From NCBI GenBank assembly GCA_035568795.1, contig DATMNR010000294.1, forward strand, positions 1 to 29,397: a stretch of DNA of 29,397 nt, in the 5' to 3' direction. The notes below the pieces were generated by a model. The model was not told where the DNA came from, did no database searches, and was given only the letters and a program-made list of their open reading frames with translations. How positions within the stretch are numbered: the stretch's first letter is position 1; each line of letters starts with the position of its first letter. Both the position numbers and the translations under genes were made by a program. The stretch is from Ktedonobacteraceae bacterium. Its GTDB lineage: Bacteria; Chloroflexota; Ktedonobacteria; Ktedonobacterales; Ktedonobacteraceae. This document shows positions 16,776 through 23,733 of this stretch, one piece after another.

Positions 16776-18230
16776 CTATTTCGGCTTGCTAGGCAATCGC
16801 AGCGGTCCTGGTCCACCCAGTTGATATGCGCTTATTGGCATTGGGAGAGGAGGAAAAGACGAAGTTTGTGCTTCTGGTATAAAGGTATACTCCAAATGCA
16901 CATTACCTAAGCTAATCATATCTCCTTTACGGAGCAAAAGCGACCCTTTCAGTTGCACACCATTCACTGCGGTGGCATTCTGGCCGCTAAGATCTTGTAC
17001 GTAATCCCCATCAGCCCGGCACAAAAACGTAGCATGTTGAGATGCAACTGAGTCATCTTGAATAATCACATCACATTCAGCAGATTTCCCAATAGTCAAT
17101 ACAGATCGATCCAACAAGAAGCTTCTTCCCGCCATTTCTCCATTACAGATCGTGCAAAGACTACCAGGCCTTTCAGATACTATCGGTGGAGTGATGGGGT
17201 TAAATCCCAGGGCATCATGCGATGTGTCAGGATTACTTGACTCAATGTTGAATTCACCAGGTGTTGAGCGCGGTAATTGCAATGCCAAATGATCCAGTTC
17301 CAGACTATCAAATTCCAAAGGCGTCTCGTCACCCATAGGCCTTGTCGGGGTGGCATTTGTGCTGGCAAGTCTCCCGCTATTTTCTGGGAACCCTGTTTCA
17401 GGTGCAATGGACAGGCGTCGTGCATGATGCATCAGAGGATCATCCTGCTCAGCCAGCGGGATGGGACGTTCCGCAATCTCAAATATAAAACGATGGGAAC
17501 CAATTTCTACCAGGTCTCCGTTTTTGACAACCAGTGTGCCACGTATGCGCCGTCCATTCAGTAGCACTCCGTTCAAACTATCGCAATCAGTAATATAGAC
17601 CTGTCCGCTATCCCAGACCAATTCAGCATGATAACGCGAAGACGTCTCGTCATCGAGCCATATATCATTATCCTCTTCGCGCCCAATACTGGTTACGGTT
17701 CGATTCAACGCCAATTTTTGCCCCTGAAAACGTCCTGAGCGATGCTCTAACCAGCCCCAGGGAATGTCTTCTCCAAAAACAAAAGGAGCAAGTACTCCTG
17801 GTTGGCGTTTAGGCAGCGAAACCGAGCGACCTACAGCATTACCGCGTGTGGTTCGTTTACGATGATTCAGTTGGCGGGGAAGACGTACCGAGGTATTTGA
17901 GTCCCGTGGCTGTGTAAAGAGACAATACACGGTTGTTACGCTCAAAGGCAGTACCCAGCCACATAATGCCACAAAAGCAAGCGCAAATGTAACCTCTATA
18001 ACAGAAATGGCCGCTTGTGTAGAACTGAAACGTGTCTCATACCAGATAATCGCAGGCAGCAGAAGCAACGCGGAAATCACACAGGCAACGATCGCGCCAG
18101 CGAGTTGTCGCGTTGTGCCGCGTTTACGTAACGTAGTATAGAGTGCATTGACAGCGATCGCGAGCATACATGTGGCTAAACCGCCAAAGCACCCATATCT
18201 AAACCATGTTGGAAAATCTACAGTGCTCGT
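16776..18230 (-). CDS. Membrane-anchored protein with two FHA domains
   Basis: About 3 N-terminal TM segments. FHA1: SIGREEDNDI...SSRYHAEL...SLNGVLLNG. FHA2: TIGKSAECDV...VASQHA...GQNATAVNG. First ATG is 18167; start extended to the SD-preceded ACG at 18230 (see findings). Confidence 0.88.
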   Translation of the reverse strand, partial: TSTVDFPTWFRYGCFGGLATCMLAIAVNALYTTLRKRGTTRQLAGAIVACVISALLLLPAIIWYETRFSSTQAAISVIEVTFALAFVALCGWVLPLSVTTVYCLFTQPRDSNTSVRLPRQLNHRKRTTRGNAVGRSVSLPKRQPGVLAPFVFGEDIPWGWLEHRSGRFQGQKLALNRTVTSIGREEDNDIWLDDETSSRYHAELVWDSGQVYITDCDSLNGVLLNGRRIRGTLVVKNGDLVEIGSHRFIFEIAERPIPLAEQDDPLMHHARRLSIAPETGFPENSGRLASTNATPTRPMGDETPLEFDSLELDHLALQLPRSTPGEFNIESSNPDTSHDALGFNPITPPIVSERPGSLCTICNGEMAGRSFLLDRSVLTIGKSAECDVIIQDDSVASQHATFLCRADGDYVQDLSGQNATAVNGVQLKGSLLLRKGDMISLGNVHLEYTFIPEAQTSSFPPLPMPISAYQLGGPGPLRLPSKPK

Positions 18231-18253
18231 TGTAGTATTCCTCTCTTACCAAT

Positions 18254-19342
18254 TCATAGCATCGGGTCAACGCCCTTATGACGAGCATCACTAATCACAA
18301 TCGTATCGACAATTTGCTTGGTGTTCAGCTTATACTCTTTATCGGCCCACACGTTTGCAGAATCACCTGCAATATTGTCATTCACCTGCACTGCGTCCCA
18401 GTAATCAAACTGTGTATTATCCTGTGTAACTGCAACACCAAGAAAGGCGTGCCCCGGAATAATCACGATTTCAGAGTGCAATCCTATTTTTTCCACTGCC
18501 GATGCCAGCAACACAGTTAGCTCAATACACATCCCGCTACCCTGTTGCAACACCTCAGCCGGTAATTTTATTTTTTGCAAAGCCACGCTTGTGTCCCCAG
18601 GTCCGCTGTATGGGACACTTTCCTGGCTATACTGTATATGATAATCAAGCCGCATAGCATCAAAAATCGCATCAACCTGGTCTTTTACAGCCCTTTCGCT
18701 TGCCCGCCCATTTGCATACCCAAACATCGCAGGTGGGATAGGTTGTGGTTGTGACTGCAATAGCACTTTAGCTCTATTGTCCAATGCTTCCACAGCAAGG
18801 TCGTCCGGTGTTACCCATGCAGCAATCTTCAAGCGGTTCGCTGCAATCCACTGCATTAACCATCGTGAACGCAGCAATAACGGGCTATCATCGGCATAAT
18901 ACACATGCCCTGCTGCATCTGTAATATGCAGCTGCAGCCAGGTATTAGTATCTACTGTCAACTGTCGTAACGCTTGGGCTATTGCTAGCGGCCTGAAGCT
19001 GATTGACTGCACACTTGATGTCGCGGTTACTGTACGCATCTCTGACTGGCTAAACCCCTCAATGCTCACACTCATCAACAATGTAATTGGTCTGCTACTG
19101 CTGTACTGTATGACAAACACATTAGACTGCGTAGCAACATAATAAGGGTAATACGCACTGAAGATCTCTAATGGAGATTGCACGCAGATATGTACTGGAG
19201 ACTGGCCTCCACAATGCTCCTGGCTAGCTATGTTACTCTGCTGATATCGAGAGTAAGCCTGGATACCACCAACAACGTACCATCCGGAGAGTCCCATCAG
19301 GACCATCATTGTAAGGAGCAGAGTAGCCACTTTTTTGCCCAT
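18254..19342 (-). CDS. Exported/membrane-anchored protein with transglutaminase-like (Cys-His-Asp) domain
   Basis: N-terminal signal/anchor. C-terminal GSGMCIELTVLLASAVEKIG...IIPGHAFLGV...YWDAV matches the transglutaminase-like cysteine protease pattern. Confidence 0.7.
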   Translation of the reverse strand: MGKKVATLLLTMMVLMGLSGWYVVGGIQAYSRYQQSNIASQEHCGGQSPVHICVQSPLEIFSAYYPYYVATQSNVFVIQYSSSRPITLLMSVSIEGFSQSEMRTVTATSSVQSISFRPLAIAQALRQLTVDTNTWLQLHITDAAGHVYYADDSPLLLRSRWLMQWIAANRLKIAAWVTPDDLAVEALDNRAKVLLQSQPQPIPPAMFGYANGRASERAVKDQVDAIFDAMRLDYHIQYSQESVPYSGPGDTSVALQKIKLPAEVLQQGSGMCIELTVLLASAVEKIGLHSEIVIIPGHAFLGVAVTQDNTQFDYWDAVQVNDNIAGDSANVWADKEYKLNTKQIVDTIVISDARHKGVDPML

Positions 19343-19483
19343 GTGCTGATCAACCTCGTACTATGGCATGTGTACTTCAGTTTGTGAGGATAATTGCCGA
19401 TGGGATTATATCATCTTGTTTCAGGAGCGGCAATTAAATGGGACTTGTGGATTGGAAAACCATACCCTCCAGCATTTGCTGCA

Positions 19484-19882
19484 TTAATGATACCGAAACG
19501 CATATGGCAACAAATCCTCAATTGTGAAATCTCGCATATCTCCATCAACATAAATAATGGCATGCGGAGCAAGATCAGCCAACCATTGGCGGCAAGCTCC
19601 GCAAGGAGTGCGATCCTGAATAGGTGCCCCTTGCGGCACATCGATACACGCTACCGCAACCTGGGTAACCGATCCCGCTACCACACCAGCCGCCATCGCA
19701 GCAGCTAGAGCAGAACGTTCCGCGCACAAAGTCAAACCATAACTCGATATCTCGACATTCACACCGATATAGGTCTTTCCATCTGCCACTACCGCAGCGC
19801 CAACCCGAAATCGTGAGTAGGGGCAATGCGCTTTTAACGCGACTTCACGAGCTAGAGACAAAAGTTCTTCGCGAGTAATCAT
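19484..19882 (-). CDS. cdd: Cytidine deaminase (homotetrameric type)
   Basis: PYSRFRVGAA, GVNVE..SYGLTLCAERSA and PCGACRQ. ATG 19882 has SD GGAG (the ORF track uses TTG 19897). Confidence 0.95.
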   Translation of the reverse strand: MITREELLSLAREVALKAHCPYSRFRVGAAVVADGKTYIGVNVEISSYGLTLCAERSALAAAMAAGVVAGSVTQVAVACIDVPQGAPIQDRTPCGACRQWLADLAPHAIIYVDGDMRDFTIEDLLPYAFRYH

Positions 19883-19937
19883 GGCTTTCTTCTCCAATCA
19901 GTTCAAAAGATAACATTTTTGGCTCTACGTACACCAA

Positions 19938-19946
19938 ATTGTACCA
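19938..19946 (-). promoter_or_regulatory. Extended -10 element (TGGTACAAT) for cdd
   Basis: TGn-TACAAT about 55 nt upstream of ATG 19882. Confidence 0.5.
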
Positions 19947-20008
19947 CGATGTTACTCCCTGAATTTCATCGCGTTGAAGCAATTAGAACAAGTTTATCAA
20001 CAAAAGGC

Positions 20009-20182
20009 CTGCCTTTTAGGGAGTGCAGAGGGTTACAGGGTCTGGGGGACCCGTCATGTATACTCTTTTCGGGGTGTGGAATATCCCCATTGGCGTGGAC
20101 TTTAGCAAATTTCTTGCCGCCTTCGGCGACAAGGATGAAGAACAAAGCAGTCCCCAAGCACTCTCCTCTCTCCCAAAGGCAG
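20009..20182. ncRNA. Candidate structured RNA (sRNA or 5' leader), unassigned
   Basis: Closing stems 20009-20016/20175-20182, 20019-20023/20170-20174 and 20027-20031/20165-20169 enclose three to four hairpins. Confidence 0.35.
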
Positions 20183-20233
20183 TTTGAATCGCACACCCTA
20201 TTTTTAAGAGCAGGATTGTAGGAGGAAACACGA

Positions 20234-20932
20234 GTGAAAATCATGGTGGCGGACGATGATCGCGACATGGTTGACATGCTGAGCTACTGGCTCAAAGGGC
20301 ATGGATACGATGTAATACGTGCATTTGACGGCGAACAAGCCATTAAGCGCTGGCGTGAAACATTACCAGATCTTGTCATCCTGGATGTGCAAATGCCCAA
20401 ACTGGATGGCTTCGAGGTATGTCGTCAAATGCGAAGTGAAACCAATTCAATGGTTTTAATACTGACCGCACATGATCGTGAAGATGACGAGATACGTGGA
20501 TTAGAAATGGGAGCCGACGATTATCTGAGAAAACCATTTAGTCCTCGGCAGCTACTAGCTCGCATTAAAGCAATTATGCGTCGCTCAAACAGTGCAAAGG
20601 GGTCCTCCAATTCATCAGCAATTACTGTCGGCCCGGTGACGTTAGATGCAATGCGCCATGAGGTAACTCGGGAAGGCGCAAAAGTGCGTCTAACTCCCAC
20701 TGAGAGCCGTCTGCTCCACTTGCTCATTACACATACCGGCCAGGTATTAACAACTGATATGATTATCGAGCGAGTTTGGGGATATGACGAAGCTGGTGAC
20801 TCCGGCCTTGTGAAAACGCACATTCGCCATTTGCGTCAGAAAGTCGAACCTGAAGCCAACAATCCACAATATATTATGACAGTACCAGGTGTTGGATATA
20901 CCTTTACAGCACCCATCACGATTGAATCCTGA
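20234..20932 (+). CDS. Orphan OmpR/PhoB-family response regulator
   Basis: MVADDD, ILDVQMP, YLRKPF, and wHTH LTPTESRLL...VKTHIRHLRQKVE...IMTVPGVGY. SD AGGAGG with GTG start; no adjacent kinase. Confidence 0.95.
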   Translation: MKIMVADDDRDMVDMLSYWLKGHGYDVIRAFDGEQAIKRWRETLPDLVILDVQMPKLDGFEVCRQMRSETNSMVLILTAHDREDDEIRGLEMGADDYLRKPFSPRQLLARIKAIMRRSNSAKGSSNSSAITVGPVTLDAMRHEVTREGAKVRLTPTESRLLHLLITHTGQVLTTDMIIERVWGYDEAGDSGLVKTHIRHLRQKVEPEANNPQYIMTVPGVGYTFTAPITIES

Positions 20933-20944
20933 GATGTATAGCGC

Positions 20945-20984
20945 GAAGCGATTGAGATAACACATACGTTATCTCAATCGCTTC
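20945..20984. repeat. Perfect 17 bp inverted repeat (terminator or operator)
   Basis: GAAGCGATTGAGATAAC-acatac-GTTATCTCAATCGCTTC. Confidence 0.85.
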
Positions 20985-21005
20985 ATCTTCATCTAGCTTT
21001 ATTTC

Positions 21006-21045
21006 TTCTTAACCGATTCTCGTTATTCTTAACCATTCTTCAACG
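21006..21045 (+). promoter_or_regulatory. 10-bp-phased direct repeats upstream of a TATACT -10 element (21078-21083)
   Basis: TTCTTAACCG (21006), ATTCTCGTTA (21016), TTCTTAACCA (21026), TTCTTCAACG (21036). Confidence 0.5.
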
Positions 21046-21125
21046 CACTCTGCATTTTTTCCATAGCTTTTCCGCAGTATACTCTTCTACATAATCTATT
21101 TTCTTGATCTAAAGGCATCTGTATC

Positions 21126-22106
21126 ATGACATATGTAGAAAGAGGAACGTTAACATCGGCCGTCACATATCTTGATAGTCCAGCAAGCGATCTATGCACG
21201 TGCTTGCCACTTTCCAGACTACATCAGGGGCCTTGGGTGGATCATGCAGAAAATTCCGAACAGTTGACGGAAGTGACTCTGGCAACACCTGAAATGAATA
21301 GTTCTTTGCGCTCTCAACTCGAGAACTACTTCCCACGTTCCTCATCTCTCAGCGTTTTGCTATTGCACATTTCGCAACTTGAGCATATTCATATCACACC
21401 GAAATCAGCGATCTTACATAAACGGCTTCGCTATCACGTTTCAGCCAGTCTCCTGAAACAAATTCTTATCAATGTGCACCGCACGATTAGAAGCAGCGAT
21501 CACATTCTAGTGCATATAGGCGCTAGCATCGCTATCATACTACCTGATGTTGATCAAGAAGGATCACAGGCTCTGCTTCAACGCGTGTATCATAGTATCA
21601 ACCTCCTTCAACCTGAGACAGTAATTCCACCCTTGAAACGCGAAACTGATATTACTTTAGGAATCGGGTCTTACCCCAAACCCGGAGCTTCACTGGAAGA
21701 ACTACTCTACCAGACTGGTTTTATTGCATCCAGGATAATACTGCGGCCGGCTGTTACGACTCAATTACATGGTACCAGGTCGATCGGTGTAGTGGAGGTA
21801 AATCTGTTAAATCGCCATCAAAATGAAGAGGATGATTCTTGTGTTGCTGCTCGCACTAGTGGCATCCCATTCATGCTATTACCTGCGCGACTGTCATCGC
21901 GATTAAAGCATCTCATTCCATATGCTCTGGCGTGTGAACTGCGTTGCGCACCCGTCGGCCGTGATCATAATCGCCTGACTATTGCAATGGCTTTTCCTAC
22001 TGATACACAGGCTATTGATCGCTTGCGTTCGGCAACTGGCATGACCATTTTTCCTGTATCATGTGAAACCAAAGCGCTCGATAGCTTGCTAGAACAGAGT
22101 TGGTAA
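21126..22106 (+). CDS. Degenerate GGDEF-like domain fused to a T2SSE_N (PilB/MshE N-terminal type) subdomain
   Basis: GGDEF fold pattern SLSVLLLHI...IRSSDHILVHIGASIAIILPD...ITLGIGSYP...LEELL. C-terminal GIPF...LIPYALACELRCAPV...LTIAMAFPTD..AIDRLRSATGMTIFPV. Confidence 0.78.
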   Translation: MTYVERGTLTSAVTYLDSPASDLCTCLPLSRLHQGPWVDHAENSEQLTEVTLATPEMNSSLRSQLENYFPRSSSLSVLLLHISQLEHIHITPKSAILHKRLRYHVSASLLKQILINVHRTIRSSDHILVHIGASIAIILPDVDQEGSQALLQRVYHSINLLQPETVIPPLKRETDITLGIGSYPKPGASLEELLYQTGFIASRIILRPAVTTQLHGTRSIGVVEVNLLNRHQNEEDDSCVAARTSGIPFMLLPARLSSRLKHLIPYALACELRCAPVGRDHNRLTIAMAFPTDTQAIDRLRSATGMTIFPVSCETKALDSLLEQSW

Positions 22107-22112
22107 TCAATA

Positions 22113-22227
22113 TCTCACCTGAGAACCGCTAATTTTAACCAAATCACAACTATTCCTCAACACAAAAGCGTATCAACAATGGTTACAATAACATGCAATG
22201 AGACAGTAATGTGTATCACCTGATACA
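22113..22227. promoter_or_regulatory. Two related palindromes (TCA-CC-TGA core), candidate operators
   Basis: TCTCA-cc-TGAGA at 22113-22124 and TGTATCA-cc-TGATACA at 22212-22227. Confidence 0.45.
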
Positions 22228-22291
22228 AAATATTCAGCATTCACTTTTTATCTAAGTGCATCGAATTAGTATATCCAAGGAGAGAACAAAG

Positions 22292-22513
22292 ATGGTCGTG
22301 CAAGTGATCCAGGATGATGTCCTTTTAACATTCAAAGAAGCTATGAGCTACCTGCGGGTAAGTCGCTCTACCTTGTATCGCCTGATGTGGTCTGGACAAC
22401 TTACTGGCCATAAAGTCGGCAGCACATGGCGGTTCTATCGCGACGATCTCCGCGCCTGTGTAGGCAGTGAAGTACCAATGATGAGCATGCAGCCCAGTAT
22501 TGCCGTAAGCTAG
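22292..22513 (+). CDS. Small MerR-like HTH protein (excisionase / HTH_17 / BldC family)
   Basis: LLTFKEAMSYLRVSRSTLYRLMWSGQLTGHKVGSTWRFYRDDL; SD AAGGAGA; 73 aa. Confidence 0.9.
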   Translation: MVVQVIQDDVLLTFKEAMSYLRVSRSTLYRLMWSGQLTGHKVGSTWRFYRDDLRACVGSEVPMMSMQPSIAVS

Positions 22514-22615
22514 CCAGGTTCTCTTTTCTCTAAGCTAGACAATACTCCAATCTTTTCATATATGTATTGAAAAAGATTGATCTCCTCTTATTTGGAGTCT
22601 ATGTATTACGAACAA

Positions 22616-22644
22616 TGAGGTCGAAGGGCAATCGTTCGACCTCA
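22616..22644. terminator. Probable terminator between convergent genes
   Basis: Perfect 10 bp stem TGAGGTCGAA / TTCGACCTCA. A second imperfect inverted repeat lies at 22548-22579. Confidence 0.6.
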
Positions 22645-22679
22645 AATTTCTATTTCAGACATCTTAAAGATATATTTAA

Positions 22680-23411
22680 TTAGTACCGATCAATATACGT
22701 TATCTTCCAGCTTCCTCCTATTTTTTCAACAGTGACCAACACAGGATAGGAATTTTTCGCTCTTGTCACATTCACTGTATAGCTCCACTGAGACAAATCA
22801 GGTCCTGAACTAGAATTCGTGCCAAAGGTTGGCTGCCCTATAACATAAGATAGAAGCGTACCACTCTGTGTATCGCTTGTCTGTACCTGCTTAAGATAGT
22901 CTTCCAGTGTCAAACCGCTAATCTGCAAGTTCTGATAAGCTTGAGCATATCTTTGATTTTGAACATCTTGAAAGTAAGTATTCACAACATCCGTTGCTCC
23001 AGTTTCCTGCGTGATTACGCTATCAAACAGTTGGTACGCTCCCCAGCCGCATAATCCACACGTAGCAAGAAAACCTACACTAAAAATGGAAACGATAATC
23101 CAAACCCACTTGTAGGACTTTTTAATCGGCGCTTGCATTTCAGGATAACGCGTTGGCACAGAAGGAGGAGCTTGAACACCCATCGTGTTCAGTTGTGCCT
23201 GCGTGCCGGGTACGCCTGGCTCTAACGGTAATGCAGGGCGCTCTGCTGGAATTTGCATATTTTGATAATAGGAAGGTGGTGGCGGATAAACCATCCCTTG
23301 CTGATCAGCAGGAAATTCATAAAGTGGTATTGCCGCCTGTTCATTCGTGCCTTCGATTTCCGCGTTCTCGCGCTCTATTTTTTCTTTCGGCTGCTGGCCA
23401 GAGGACTGCAT
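22680..23411 (-). CDS. Single-pass membrane protein: Pro-rich N-terminus, extracytoplasmic NTF2-like (DUF4878-like) domain
   Basis: YPPPPSYY region, TM WVWIIVSIFSVGFLATCGLCGWG, then VVNTYFQDVQNQRYAQAYQNL...LVTVEKIGGSWKITYI. Confidence 0.75.
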   Translation of the reverse strand: MQSSGQQPKEKIERENAEIEGTNEQAAIPLYEFPADQQGMVYPPPPSYYQNMQIPAERPALPLEPGVPGTQAQLNTMGVQAPPSVPTRYPEMQAPIKKSYKWVWIIVSIFSVGFLATCGLCGWGAYQLFDSVITQETGATDVVNTYFQDVQNQRYAQAYQNLQISGLTLEDYLKQVQTSDTQSGTLLSYVIGQPTFGTNSSSGPDLSQWSYTVNVTRAKNSYPVLVTVEKIGGSWKITYIDRY

Positions 23412-23655
23412 TGGCGCAAAGCTCCTACTATCAAATGTTGTTGATCCCGTTTGATCTCAATACCTGATTATCATGAGATAGAGTATATCGGTTTGTATGT
23501 ACATTGACAAGCAGAAATGAGGCCAAACTCTCCGTATTCCCAGGAAAATTACCGTCCTGTATTTTTCACTACAATTTCGCTCACACTTTATTCCACATAG
23601 TATACACTTTGGTACTACATTTATGTGCAAAGTATTGTTGGGAAACATAGATGCA

Positions 23656-23664
23656 TGTTATACT
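23656..23664 (+). promoter_or_regulatory. Extended -10 element (TGTTATACT) for the methyltransferase
   Basis: TGn-TATACT about 70 nt upstream of ATG 23734. Confidence 0.5.
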
Positions 23665-23733
23665 TCCAACATCATAAAAATCACTATGCAATGACACAGC
23701 ACAGCGAATAATAACAATGGTTGAGGTAGTGCA

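Noticed and set aside
20100-20170. Glycine riboswitch resemblance on the minus strand (GGAGAG ... CGCCGAAGG ... GCAA)
   Set aside because: The essential 3' CUCUCAGG/UUUCAGG segment and a clean P2 are missing, and no glycine-related gene lies downstream.
20104-20182. c-di-GMP-I riboswitch resemblance on the plus strand (GCAAA-hairpin-CAAAGC)
   Set aside because: No GNRA loop on P2, no GACGCAAAGC, and no GGUCUAA-type receptor stem. Tempting given the neighbouring genes, but unsupported without a cmscan hit.
22292-22513. Excisionase as evidence of a prophage or ICE
   Set aside because: No integrase, tRNA, att repeats or phage genes in the window.
23600-23635. Weak inverted repeat ACTTTG...CAAAGT upstream of the methyltransferase; possible SAM riboswitch
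   Set aside because: Short AT-rich stem expected by chance, lying upstream of the predicted promoter; no SAM-I/II/IV consensus in the short leader.
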